Of a stretch of DNA of 64,000 nt, positions 37,983-47,801 are shown piece by piece. Under the pieces are notes generated by a model. It searched no databases. It was given only the letters and a program-made list of their open reading frames with translations, and had not been told where the DNA came from. Both the position numbers and the translations under genes were made by a program. The first letter of the stretch is position 1; every line of letters begins with the position of its first letter. The DNA lies in NCBI GenBank assembly GCA_900767025.1, contig CAAFXS010000014.1:1238-65237 (forward strand), given 5' to 3'. This DNA is from Clostridia bacterium. Its GTDB lineage: Bacteria; Bacillota; Clostridia; Oscillospirales; Acutalibacteraceae.

Positions 37983-38881
37983 AGCATTTACTTAAATTAC
38001 AGGATTTGGATAAGGCTGACATACTCGACATTCTCAACCTTGCGGACCAGCTTAAATACGAAACAAAGCACGGTATTGAGCATCATCACCTTAAGGGCAA
38101 AACCCTTGGTATGATTTTTCAAAAAAGCTCAACAAGAACAAGGGTAAGCTTTGAAACAGGAATGTATCAGCTTGGCGGCCAGGCTCTTTTCCTTTCAAAC
38201 AGGGATTTGCAGATTGGCAGAGGCGAGCCTGTTCAGGACACCGCAAGGGTGCTTTCACGCTATCTTGACGGTATTATGATTAGAACCTTTGAGCAAAAAG
38301 AGGTTGAGGATTTGGCTGAATACGGCTCAATTCCCATTATCAACGGTCTTACCGACTACTGTCATCCTTGCCAGGTGCTTGCAGATTTAATGACAATTAA
38401 GGAATACAAAAAAAGCTTTGACGGACTTAAGCTCTGCTTTATCGGTGACGGCAACAATATGGCAAACAGCCTTATTGTTGGTGCAATTAAAATGGGTATG
38501 AGCTGTGCAATCGCCTGTCCCGACGGCTACAAGCCCGATGCGGAAATTATGAAATGGGCAGAGGAAAACGGCAACTTTATGTGCAGTGACAACATTCTTG
38601 AATGTGCAAAGGACGCTGATGTTCTTTATACAGACGTTTGGGCATCAATGGGTCAGGAAGAGGAAAAGGCTGAAAGAGAAAAGATTTTCAAAGACTATCA
38701 GATTAACGATGAGGTTATGGCTGTGGCTAAAGCAGACGCTATGGTGCTTCACTGCCTGCCTGCTCACAGAGAAGAGGAAATCACCGCAAAGGTATTTGAA
38801 GAACACGCAGACGAAATTTTTGACGAGGCTGAAAACAGACTCCATGCACAGAAGGCAGTCCTTGTTAAGCTGTTAGGATAA
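37979..38881 (+). CDS. argF: Ornithine carbamoyltransferase
   Basis: STRTRVSFE carbamoyl-phosphate-binding motif, HCLP motif, 300 aa. Overlaps argD by 4 nt. Confidence 0.9.
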   Translation: MKHLLKLQDLDKADILDILNLADQLKYETKHGIEHHHLKGKTLGMIFQKSSTRTRVSFETGMYQLGGQALFLSNRDLQIGRGEPVQDTARVLSRYLDGIMIRTFEQKEVEDLAEYGSIPIINGLTDYCHPCQVLADLMTIKEYKKSFDGLKLCFIGDGNNMANSLIVGAIKMGMSCAIACPDGYKPDAEIMKWAEENGNFMCSDNILECAKDADVLYTDVWASMGQEEEKAEREKIFKDYQINDEVMAVAKADAMVLHCLPAHREEEITAKVFEEHADEIFDEAENRLHAQKAVLVKLLG

Positions 38882-38886
38882 TTATT

Positions 38887-39972
38887 ATGAGCGATAACAA
38901 AATTTACATTTGCCTTGCCGACGGCAGTGTGTTTGAGGGCAAAGCCTTCGGTGCAAAGGGCGAGGTTTTAGGCGAGCTTGTGTTCACAACGGGTATGGGC
39001 GGTTATATCGAAACCCTTACCGACCCAAGCTATTTCGGTCAAATAGTAATGCAGACCTTTCCCCTTATCGGCAACTACGGCTTTATTGATGATGATAAGG
39101 AATGTGAAAAAAGCGCCGTTTCGGCTTACATTGTCCGTGAATACTGCGGTGAGCCGTCAAATTTCAGGTGTGACAGAACTCTTGAAGCATACCTGAAGGC
39201 CAACGGAATTGTAGGCGTTTATGATGTTGACACAAGGGAAATCACAAAAATAATCCGTGAATACGGTGTTATGAATGCGCTTATCACCGATAATCCCGAT
39301 AATGCGGATTTAGAAAAAATCAAGGCTTATCAGGTTAAGGATGCGGTTAAATCCGTTTCCGCCGTTAAGCCGTCATTAAGTGCATCCGATGAGCACAGGT
39401 TCAACGTTGTTCTTATTGACTACGGCACAAAGAAAAATATTGTAAGAGAGCTTAACAAAAGGGGCTGTAATGTTGCCGTTGTGCCCTACAACACAAAGGC
39501 AGAGGATATTTTATCCCTTAATCCCGACGGTATTATGCTTTCAAACGGACCCGGCGACCCCCAGGAAAACACAAATGAAATTGAAGAACTGAAAAAGCTT
39601 GCAGGCAAAAAGCCCATATTTGCAATTTGCCTGGGTCATCAGCTTTTGGCACTTTCCCAAGGAGCGGAAACCGCAAAACTGAAATACGGCCACAGAGGTG
39701 TTAACCAGCCTGTTAAAAATCTTGAAAACGGCAGAACCTTTATTTCATCGCAAAATCACGGCTATGCAGTTGTTAACGAAAGCGTTGAAGACACAGGCGG
39801 TAAAATCAGCTTTGTTAATGCAAACGACGGTACCTGTGAGGGAATTGACTATCCCCTGCTAAATGCATTTTCCGTTCAGTTTCACCCGGAGGCTTGCTCA
39901 GGTCCCAAGGACACTAATTTTATTTTTGACAAATTCATTGATATGATGGGAGGTAAAAGCAATGCCTCTTGA
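38887..39972 (+). CDS. carA: Carbamoyl-phosphate synthase small (glutaminase) subunit
   Basis: CarA N-domain plus class-I GATase (...ICLGHQLL..., catalytic Cys). 361 aa. Overlaps the carB start by 11 nt. Confidence 0.9.
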   Translation: MSDNKIYICLADGSVFEGKAFGAKGEVLGELVFTTGMGGYIETLTDPSYFGQIVMQTFPLIGNYGFIDDDKECEKSAVSAYIVREYCGEPSNFRCDRTLEAYLKANGIVGVYDVDTREITKIIREYGVMNALITDNPDNADLEKIKAYQVKDAVKSVSAVKPSLSASDEHRFNVVLIDYGTKKNIVRELNKRGCNVAVVPYNTKAEDILSLNPDGIMLSNGPGDPQENTNEIEELKKLAGKKPIFAICLGHQLLALSQGAETAKLKYGHRGVNQPVKNLENGRTFISSQNHGYAVVNESVEDTGGKISFVNANDGTCEGIDYPLLNAFSVQFHPEACSGPKDTNFIFDKFIDMMGGKSNAS

Positions 39973-42900
39973 TAAAAGCATAAAAAAGGTTCTTGTTATC
40001 GGTTCGGGTCCCATCGTTATCGGTCAGGCGGCGGAATTTGACTACGCAGGCGCACAGGCCTGCCGTGTGCTTAAGGATGAGGGCATCGAGGTTGTTCTCG
40101 TTAACTCCAACCCTGCCACAATAATGACGGACAAGGCTCTTGCCGACCATATTTATCTTGAACCGCTGACGGAAGAAACGGTTAAAAGAATTATTGAAAA
40201 AGAAAGACCCGATTCCATTCTCTGCGGTCTCGGAGGACAGACAGGTCTTACCATAGGTATGCAGCTTGCAAAGGACGGTTATCTTGAACAGATGGGCGTT
40301 CGTTTGCTTGGTACAAACGCCGAAGCCATTGACAAGGCAGAGGACAGGCAGATGTTTAGGGACACCATGGTTAAAATCAATCAGCCTGTTGTTCCAAGCG
40401 ACATTGCGCAGACCGTTGAACACGCAAAGGAAATTGCCAAGGAAATCGGCTACCCTGTTATCATCCGTCCCGCCTTTACATTAGGCGGAGCAGGCGGCGG
40501 TGTTGCAAATGATGAAAAGAAGCTTGAAATAATAGCCAAGAACGGCTTAATGCTCTCCCCTATTACTCAGGTGCTTGTTGAGCGTTACATTGCAGGCTGG
40601 AAGGAAATTGAATTTGAGGTAATGCGTGACGGTGCAGGCAATGTTATTGCCGTATGCTCAATGGAAAACTTTGACCCTGTTGGAGTTCACACCGGTGACA
40701 GCATTGTTATTGCTCCTGCCGTTACTCTTGCGGACAGGGAATATCAAATGCTCCGTTCCGCCTCACTTGACATTATCACCGAGCTTGGTATTGAGGGTGG
40801 CTGCAACTGCCAGTTTGCCCTTAATCCCGAAAGCTTTGAATACTCGGTTATTGAGGTTAATCCAAGAGTTTCAAGGTCGTCTGCTCTGGCGTCAAAGGCA
40901 ACGGGTTACCCCATTGCAAAGGTTACTACAAAAATCGCACTTGGATACACTCTTGATGAAATCAAAAATGATATTACGGGCAAAACCTGTGCCTGCTTTG
41001 AGCCTGCACTTGACTATGTTGTTGTTAAGCTGCCAAAATGGCCCTTTGACAAATTTGTCAATGCCTCAAGAAAATTAGGCACACAGATGAAGGCAACAGG
41101 CGAGGTTATGAGCATTGCACCGAGCTTTGAAATGGCGGTTATGAAAGCGGTTAGAGGTGCTGAAATCGGACTTGACACCCTTAACTGCCCTGTCCTTGAG
41201 GGCACAGAACCGTTGGAAAGGCTTTCACATCAGGACGATTTAAGGATGTTTGCCGTGTTCAGAGCCCTAAAAAACGGCATTTCTATTGACGAAATCCACC
41301 GCATTACAATGATTGACGAGTGGTTTTTGGCAAAGCTGAAAAACCTTGCGGATTACGAAAAGGAAATTGATGGCAAGCCTTTAAGTGAGGAAATGTACCT
41401 TAAAGGCAAAAAGCTTGGCTACACCGACAAAGCACTTGAAAAAATCAGCGGCGGCTCCCTTTTGTATCACAGGGATTGCGTTTACAAAATGGTTGACACC
41501 TGCGGTGCTGAATTCAAGGCGGAAACACCTTATTTTTACTCCACCTATGACAATCACTGCGAGTCAAGAGAGCTTGAAAAAAGCGGTAAGGAAAAAATTA
41601 TCGTGTTAGGCTCAGGTCCTATCCGCATCGGTCAGGGTATTGAATTTGACTACTCCTGCGTTCACTGTGTATGGACCTTAAAGGAGCTTGGCTACGAGGT
41701 TATACTCATTAACAACAACCCCGAAACCGTTTCCACCGATTTTGACACAGGCGACAGGCTTTATTTTGAGCCACTTACCGAAGAAGATGTTATGAACATT
41801 ATCAAGGCGGAAAATCCCCTTGGCGTTGTGGTTGCCTTCGGCGGACAGACGGCTATTAAGCTGACAAAATTCCTTGATGACAACGGCATAACAATCTTCG
41901 GCACAAGTGCAAAATCCATTGACCTTGCGGAAGACAGGGAAAAGTTTGACGCACTCCTTGAAAAATTCAATATTTTCAGGCCAAAGGGCGAAAGCGTTAT
42001 GACCCTTAACGGTGCTTTAGCATCTGCCGAAAGGCTTGGCTATCCTGTTCTTCTTCGCCCCTCCTATGTTATCGGCGGTCAGAATATGACTATTGCTTAC
42101 ACCGACGACGATGTTAAGCAGTATATGGAAATTATTCTTTCCCAGGGCATTACTAATCCCGTGCTTGTGGACAAGTATATGATGGGCACGGAGCTTGAGG
42201 TTGACTGCATCAGCGACGGTGAGGATGTGCTTATCCCGGGTATAATGGAGCATATCGAAAGAGCAGGCGTTCACTCCGGCGACTCCATTGCAGTATATCC
42301 GCCCTATAACCTTAACGATATGATGCTTGACAAGGTTTGCAGGGTTTCCGAAAATCTTGCTTTATCCCTTGGCACAAAGGGACTTGTTAACATTCAGTAT
42401 CTTATCTACCAAAACGAGCTGTTTGTTATTGAGGTTAATCCCAGAGCATCAAGGACCATACCTTACATAAGCAAGGTTACAGGGGTTCCCATGGTTGAGC
42501 TTGCGTCAAAGATAATGGTGGGTGCGTCCCTTAAAGACCTTGGCTACGGAACAGGACTTTATTCAACTCCCCCATACTACGCCGTTAAGGTGCCTGTGTT
42601 CAGCTTTGAAAAGCTAAATGATGTTAACTCCAAGCTTGGTCCCGAAATGAAATCCACAGGCGAGGTTTTGGGCGTAGGCAAAAATCTTGTTGAGGCTTTA
42701 TACAAGGGCCTTGTGTCCGCAGGCTTTAAAACCGATTTTCACCGAAAGGACAACCACGGCGTACTTATCACCGTTACCAAGCAGGACAGATTTGAAATAG
42801 TTAATCTTGCCAAAAAGCTTGATGATTTGGGTGCAAGGATATGGGCAACTCCCGAAACGGCAAAGGCTATTGAAAGCCTTGGAATTGAGGTATCGGTGGT

Positions 42901-43993
42901 TAACAAGCTTCGTGAGGACAATTCAATTATGGATTTGGTTGAAAGCGGTGTGCTTGATTACATTGTATACACAGGCAAAAGCGACAAAAAATCAATTGCC
43001 GACTATATCAAGCTCCACAACAGAGCAAATCAGCTTGGCATTGCAGTTATAACATCCCTTGACACAGCAAATGCCGTGGCGGACATAATTGCATCTCGCT
43101 ACAAGCAGACCAACACAGAGCTTGTGGATATTAACAATATGAGAAAAGAAAAGGGTATCCTTAAATTCTCAAAAATGCAGGGCACCGGCGACGATTATAT
43201 TTTCTTTAACAATCAGTGCGGAATTATTACCTGCCCCGAAAGCTTTGCCATTGAATTTACCGACAGGCACAGAGGTATCGGCGGTGACGGTATTATTCTC
43301 ATTGAAGAAAGCGAAGCTGCCGACGCTAAAATGCGTATATTTAACATTGACGGCTCCGAGGGTAAAATGGCAGGCAACTCCATTAGATGCGTGGGCAAAT
43401 ACCTTTATGACAACGGTATGGTTAACTCAAAGGAAATGGATATTGAAACCGCATCGGGCATCAGGCATCTGTCACTGTTTACAAGAAACGGCAAGGTATC
43501 CTCCGTTACCGTTGATATGGGCAAGGCACAGCTGAAGCCAAGCCGTATTCCCGTTATTGCACAGGGTGAAAGGGTTATTGACTACCCTGTTCAAATCGGT
43601 GGCATTGAATACAAAATCAATTCCTGCAGTATCGGTAATCCCCACTGTGTTGTTTTTGTTGACAATGTTGACAAAATTAACCTTGGGGAAATAGGTCCTC
43701 AATTTGAAACCGCAGACATTTTCCCTGAAAGAATTAACACGGAATTTGTGAGAGTAGTTAATTCAAACACCCTTAAAATGAGGGTTTGGGAAAGAGGTAA
43801 CGGCGAAACACCTGCCTGCGGAACAGGCGCCTGCGCCGCAGTTATCTGTGCAGTTGAAAAAGGACTTTGCCCCAAGGGCGAAAGCATCACCGTAAAGGTA
43901 AAAGGCGGAGATTTAATTGTAAATTACTCCGACGACGGTGTTAAGCTCACAGGCGACTGCAATCTTGTTTACAAAGGCGAAATTGAATATTAA
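39962..43993 (+). CDS. carB: Carbamoyl-phosphate synthase large subunit (residues ~1-1065) fused in frame to a diaminopimelate-epimerase (DapF)-like domain (residues ~1069-1343)
   Basis: Two ATP-grasp halves and an MGS-like domain ending ...ASRYKQTNTELVDINN. This continues without a stop into MRKEKGILKFSKMQGTGDDYIFF...GNSIRC...SIGNPHCVVFV...ACGTGACAA (DapF fold motifs). There is no RBS before the junction Met. Confidence 0.8.
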   Translation: MPLDKSIKKVLVIGSGPIVIGQAAEFDYAGAQACRVLKDEGIEVVLVNSNPATIMTDKALADHIYLEPLTEETVKRIIEKERPDSILCGLGGQTGLTIGMQLAKDGYLEQMGVRLLGTNAEAIDKAEDRQMFRDTMVKINQPVVPSDIAQTVEHAKEIAKEIGYPVIIRPAFTLGGAGGGVANDEKKLEIIAKNGLMLSPITQVLVERYIAGWKEIEFEVMRDGAGNVIAVCSMENFDPVGVHTGDSIVIAPAVTLADREYQMLRSASLDIITELGIEGGCNCQFALNPESFEYSVIEVNPRVSRSSALASKATGYPIAKVTTKIALGYTLDEIKNDITGKTCACFEPALDYVVVKLPKWPFDKFVNASRKLGTQMKATGEVMSIAPSFEMAVMKAVRGAEIGLDTLNCPVLEGTEPLERLSHQDDLRMFAVFRALKNGISIDEIHRITMIDEWFLAKLKNLADYEKEIDGKPLSEEMYLKGKKLGYTDKALEKISGGSLLYHRDCVYKMVDTCGAEFKAETPYFYSTYDNHCESRELEKSGKEKIIVLGSGPIRIGQGIEFDYSCVHCVWTLKELGYEVILINNNPETVSTDFDTGDRLYFEPLTEEDVMNIIKAENPLGVVVAFGGQTAIKLTKFLDDNGITIFGTSAKSIDLAEDREKFDALLEKFNIFRPKGESVMTLNGALASAERLGYPVLLRPSYVIGGQNMTIAYTDDDVKQYMEIILSQGITNPVLVDKYMMGTELEVDCISDGEDVLIPGIMEHIERAGVHSGDSIAVYPPYNLNDMMLDKVCRVSENLALSLGTKGLVNIQYLIYQNELFVIEVNPRASRTIPYISKVTGVPMVELASKIMVGASLKDLGYGTGLYSTPPYYAVKVPVFSFEKLNDVNSKLGPEMKSTGEVLGVGKNLVEALYKGLVSAGFKTDFHRKDNHGVLITVTKQDRFEIVNLAKKLDDLGARIWATPETAKAIESLGIEVSVVNKLREDNSIMDLVESGVLDYIVYTGKSDKKSIADYIKLHNRANQLGIAVITSLDTANAVADIIASRYKQTNTELVDINNMRKEKGILKFSKMQGTGDDYIFFNNQCGIITCPESFAIEFTDRHRGIGGDGIILIEESEAADAKMRIFNIDGSEGKMAGNSIRCVGKYLYDNGMVNSKEMDIETASGIRHLSLFTRNGKVSSVTVDMGKAQLKPSRIPVIAQGERVIDYPVQIGGIEYKINSCSIGNPHCVVFVDNVDKINLGEIGPQFETADIFPERINTEFVRVVNSNTLKMRVWERGNGETPACGTGACAAVICAVEKGLCPKGESITVKVKGGDLIVNYSDDGVKLTGDCNLVYKGEIEY

Positions 43994-44036
43994 AAAACAG
44001 GACTTGAGTTTGTTTGAACTCAAGTCCTGTTATATT
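43992..44036. terminator. Bidirectional Rho-independent terminator
   Basis: ACAGGACTTGAGTT-tgttt-GAACTCAAGTCCTGT (15-bp stem) flanked by A-run and T-run. Lies between convergent carB-dapF and BMP genes. Confidence 0.75.
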
Positions 44037-44049
44037 TACATTAAGTATT

Positions 44050-45900
44050 TTATTTTAATGAAATGCCTTCCACAAACCAGCCGTTAAGGGTCAGGCATTT
44101 AGATGCCTTCTGCTCATTAAAGAGCTTGCAGAAATCATATCCTGCTCCGTTTTGAACAGGAGCAAGGCTGATACTGCCGTCGGCAAGAGCCTTATAAACC
44201 TGGTCATATTTTGCCTGAATTTCCTCATCATCGGAAACGAAGGTTGCATAAATTCCGTCTGTTGCACAGTTAGCGGCAACCACACTGCCGCCCTTGAAAT
44301 CTGCAAGGCAATCCTTAACAGCCTCGCCGTAGTTCTTAACAATTGTTGTATATGCGTTGTCGTTGTTTGCGCCTGCGGAATAAACATCAAGCGGGAAATC
44401 ATAATTCCACTTTGCAGTATAAGCGGAGTCTAATGAGCTGCCGCCGTCGAAAATTGCCGTAACGCCCTTGTCGTACATTGTTTCGCAAATTGCGGCATAG
44501 CGGTCAACCATTTCAAAGCTTGTGCTCCAGTAATACTCATTCTCCATTGCAATGCCTGTGGACTCGCCGTAGGTATCACTGTTTTCCCAGTGAGAGAACA
44601 TATAGCCGTCCATAGGTACGGCGGCTGAAACCTCAACCTTATCACCTGCAACATAGGAGCCTGAGCCTGATGACTCACCGTCACCGCCCTGGCCTGTAAC
44701 AACTGTCACATTAAATGTAGGTGTTTCACCGGGCTTATAGGTAGGAACAAGAGTAACATCTCCGTTATCAACAGGCACCCAAATTTCCTTTGAGGTTAAA
44801 TCGGTATCACCTAAATCAGCAGTGGTCTCCCACTTGTCAAAAACCATATATTCGGGAGCAACAGGTGCTTTAACGGAAACGCCGTCGCCGATAGCCGCAT
44901 TATACTGAGCATAAACTGTTTTGCCGTCGGTATCCATAACAGTAACCTCTGCATAGTCGCCCTCAATATCCTTATATGTAGCGGTAATTGTGCAGTCGCA
45001 CTTTTCAACAAGGAGATTCATCTGTGAATCCTTTTCAGAGGAAATGTTAACCTTTTTATCCTTAACGCCCTCGGTATCGCTTTTAACAACCCACTTGTCA
45101 AAAACCTTGCCCTCGGGAGCAGGATTTGCAGTAATTGTTACATTACTGCCCAAAGTATATGTACCTGAGCCTGTACCGTCAACAACATTGACCTCAAAGG
45201 TTTCCTCCTGAGAATCCTCAATTTTTTCATAACAGGCGGTTACTGTGAAATTGTAATTGTAATCAGCAAGCGGTGAATCGTAATCAGCCCAGTCAACGCT
45301 TACGGGAATGCCCATAGAGTCAGCCGCATAGGCCGCACCCTGAACAAAGCCTACGCCGTATCCTGCTGAATCCCTGCTCTTTGCCTCGCCGAAAAATCCA
45401 AGCTCGTTATTACCGCTGATAACGGCTATATAGCCTGCAAGAAATCCGCTTTGCACTGCATCAAAGCTAACGCACATAACATTGCCGAGAAAGCTATTGA
45501 TATTACTTCCGGCGGAATGAGGAAACGCATCAAGAAGAATAAAGTTTACATCAGGATAGCTGCCTGCAATTTCGTAAGCACTGACAGCAAAATCCTCACC
45601 GGGAAAAACAATGAACTGCGCACCGTTCTGTGCCGCAAGGTCAACATATTTCTCAACACTTTCCGTTGTAAGCTCGCCTTTATCATCAAGGGCAGGCTGA
45701 TAGTAACGGCAGGTCATTGAGTTTTCCTCGGCAAAGGAGGAAATGCCCTCCCATGCACTTTGGTTATATCCGCCGTCATTAACGGCGGCGCCGTCGGTAA
45801 TAAGAACAATATCACTCTTAAGCTCTGCCTGCTTGGTACAGCCTGCAAAAACACAGCACACCATAGCAAAACACATCAATAGTGAAACAAGCTTTTTCAT
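44050..45900 (-). CDS. BMP-family (PnrA/Med-like) ABC-transporter substrate-binding lipoprotein with three inserted Flg_new-type repeats
   Basis: Start at 45900 (MKKLVSLLMCFAMVCCVFAGC; lipobox FAGC; GGAGGAAAGCT RBS). BMP fold motifs ...IVLITDGAAVNDGGYNQSAWEG.... Three ~80-aa repeats ending KVFDKWVV / YMVFDKWET / GYMFSHWEN (G-Y-x-F-x-x-W signature of Listeria-Bacteroides repeats). Confidence 0.7.
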   Translation of the reverse strand: MKKLVSLLMCFAMVCCVFAGCTKQAELKSDIVLITDGAAVNDGGYNQSAWEGISSFAEENSMTCRYYQPALDDKGELTTESVEKYVDLAAQNGAQFIVFPGEDFAVSAYEIAGSYPDVNFILLDAFPHSAGSNINSFLGNVMCVSFDAVQSGFLAGYIAVISGNNELGFFGEAKSRDSAGYGVGFVQGAAYAADSMGIPVSVDWADYDSPLADYNYNFTVTACYEKIEDSQEETFEVNVVDGTGSGTYTLGSNVTITANPAPEGKVFDKWVVKSDTEGVKDKKVNISSEKDSQMNLLVEKCDCTITATYKDIEGDYAEVTVMDTDGKTVYAQYNAAIGDGVSVKAPVAPEYMVFDKWETTADLGDTDLTSKEIWVPVDNGDVTLVPTYKPGETPTFNVTVVTGQGGDGESSGSGSYVAGDKVEVSAAVPMDGYMFSHWENSDTYGESTGIAMENEYYWSTSFEMVDRYAAICETMYDKGVTAIFDGGSSLDSAYTAKWNYDFPLDVYSAGANNDNAYTTIVKNYGEAVKDCLADFKGGSVVAANCATDGIYATFVSDDEEIQAKYDQVYKALADGSISLAPVQNGAGYDFCKLFNEQKASKCLTLNGWFVEGISLK

Positions 45901-46020
45901 AGCTTTCCTCCAAAAAGAAATTATCACTAATTAATAATATCAAAAAACCGCAAATAATGCAACACTAATTTGTTGATTTATATATGAAAAGTAATTATAA
46001 TAGTAGCTGAGGTGAGCATT

Positions 46021-46824
46021 ATGCTTGAAAAGGAAATTGAATTTATAAGGTCAAAAACAGACTTTATTCCCGATATTTCACTAGTTTTGGGCAGTGGCCT
46101 CGGCGGCTTTTCCCGGGAAATAAATGAAGCATTTTCAGTTGAATACAGGGAAATACCCGATTTTCCCGTATCCACCGCACCGGGTCATAACGGACGGTTT
46201 ATCTTCGGCACTATCGGTAATAAAAGGGTTGTGGCAATGGACGGAAGAGTTCATCTTTACGAGGGATATTCACCCAAAGAGGTTGTTAAGCCCATAAGGC
46301 TAATGAGGCTTTTGGGGGCGAAAACACTATTGCTGACAAACGCCGCAGGCGGTATCAACAGCAGCTTTAAGCCCGGGGATTTTATGATAATTAACGACCA
46401 TATTTCAAGCTTTGTGCCAAGCCCTCTTATCGGGAAAAATGATGACAGTCTGGGCTTACGCTTTCCCGATATGAGTGAGGTCTATTCAAAAAGGCTTGGA
46501 GATATAATCAAAGCCACTGCCGAAAAACAGGGCACTGATATAAAAAACGGAGTTTACATTCAGTTTACCGGGCCGAATTTCGAAACCCCGGCGGAAATCC
46601 AAATGGCAAAAGCTTTAGGTGCAGACGCCGTGGGTATGAGCACGGTTATTGAGGCTATGGCAGGAAAGCACTGCGGCTTTGAGGTATGCGCCGTTAGCGT
46701 TATCTCTAACCTTGCCTGCGGCATCAGTGAAGCACCCATAACAAGCGAGGAGGTTTGCGAAACCGCCGACAGAGTTGCTCCCCTGTTCAGAAATTTAATT
46801 AAGGAATCAATAGGTAATTTCTAA
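46021..46824 (+). CDS. Purine nucleoside phosphorylase (PNP-I / PunA / MtnP-like family)
   Basis: ATG at 46021 with GAGGTGA RBS. PNP-UDP_1 fold; ...[10 protein letters not shown]... and ...NAAGGIN... motifs. Confidence 0.8.
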   Translation: MLEKEIEFIRSKTDFIPDISLVLGSGLGGFSREINEAFSVEYREIPDFPVSTAPGHNGRFIFGTIGNKRVVAMDGRVHLYEGYSPKEVVKPIRLMRLLGAKTLLLTNAAGGINSSFKPGDFMIINDHISSFVPSPLIGKNDDSLGLRFPDMSEVYSKRLGDIIKATAEKQGTDIKNGVYIQFTGPNFETPAEIQMAKALGADAVGMSTVIEAMAGKHCGFEVCAVSVISNLACGISEAPITSEEVCETADRVAPLFRNLIKESIGNF

Positions 46825-47801
46825 TGGAAAATTTAAGATTTAAAAACAACAGACTTTTTATACTCGACCAAACTCTTTTGCCGAATGAAGAAAAATGGGT
46901 TGAGATAAAAAATAAAGAGGATGCGTACACCGCAATAAAAGAGCTTATGGTTCGCGGTGCTCCTGCAATCGGTATTTTTGCTGGCTACTGCTGTGCTCTT
47001 TTTGCAAAGGACAATGACATTTACGAGCTGAAAAAATATCTTGACTCATCAAGACCCACTGCAGTTAATCTCAGCTGGGCAACCGCTGAAATCGTAAAGG
47101 CATACGAAAAGGGCAAAAGCCTGATTGACCGTGCGAAAGAAATTCACCGTGAGGACATTGAAATGTGCCGAAAAATAAGTGAGTACGGTCTATCTCTGCT
47201 TAAAGACGGCGACGGCATACTGACCCATTGCAACGCAGGCGAGCTTGCGGCAAGCAGATACGGAACAGGCTTGGGTCCTTTAATTCTCGGTAAGGAAAAG
47301 GGATATAATTTCAAGGTATACTGTGATGAAACAAGACCCCTTCTGCAAGGGGCAAGGCTAACCTCCTATGAGCTTGAAAAGGCTGGAATTGATGTAACCC
47401 TCATATGCGACAATATGGCAAGCCTTGTTATGAAGGAGGGCAAAATCAACGCCGTGCTTGCAGGCTGTGACAGAGTTGCGGCTAACGGCGACACGGCCAA
47501 TAAAATTGGTACAAGCGGTGCGGCAATTCTTGCAAAATACTACAATATTCCCTTTTATATTTTAGGTCCTTATTCCACCGTTGATTTTAACTGCAAAACA
47601 GGTGATGATATTAAAATCGAGGTCAGAGAGCCTGACGAAATTAAGGAAAAGTATTTTGAAAAGCCAACTGCGCTTAAAGAAACAAAATGCTACAATCCTG
47701 CCTTTGATGTGACGGATAATTCACTGATTACCGCTATTATCACCGACAAGGGCATAGCCTATCCCCCCTTAGAAAAAAGCCTTAAGGAGATACTGAAATG
47801 A
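46824..47801 (+). CDS. mtnA: S-methyl-5-thioribose-1-phosphate isomerase (eIF-2B-like)
   Basis: MtnA/eIF2B alpha-beta-delta family. ...RGAPAIG... and ...[16 protein letters not shown]... motifs. Confidence 0.75.
   Translation: MENLRFKNNRLFILDQTLLPNEEKWVEIKNKEDAYTAIKELMVRGAPAIGIFAGYCCALFAKDNDIYELKKYLDSSRPTAVNLSWATAEIVKAYEKGKSLIDRAKEIHREDIEMCRKISEYGLSLLKDGDGILTHCNAGELAASRYGTGLGPLILGKEKGYNFKVYCDETRPLLQGARLTSYELEKAGIDVTLICDNMASLVMKEGKINAVLAGCDRVAANGDTANKIGTSGAAILAKYYNIPFYILGPYSTVDFNCKTGDDIKIEVREPDEIKEKYFEKPTALKETKCYNPAFDVTDNSLITAIITDKGIAYPPLEKSLKEILK

Noticed and set aside
45901-45927. ORF-track start of the BMP lipoprotein at 45927 (MIISFWRKA...)
   Set aside because: That start uses a non-ATG codon and adds 9 residues in front of a canonical lipoprotein signal. 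The ATG at 45900 has a GGAGGAAAGCT RBS and gives MKKLVSLL...FAGC.
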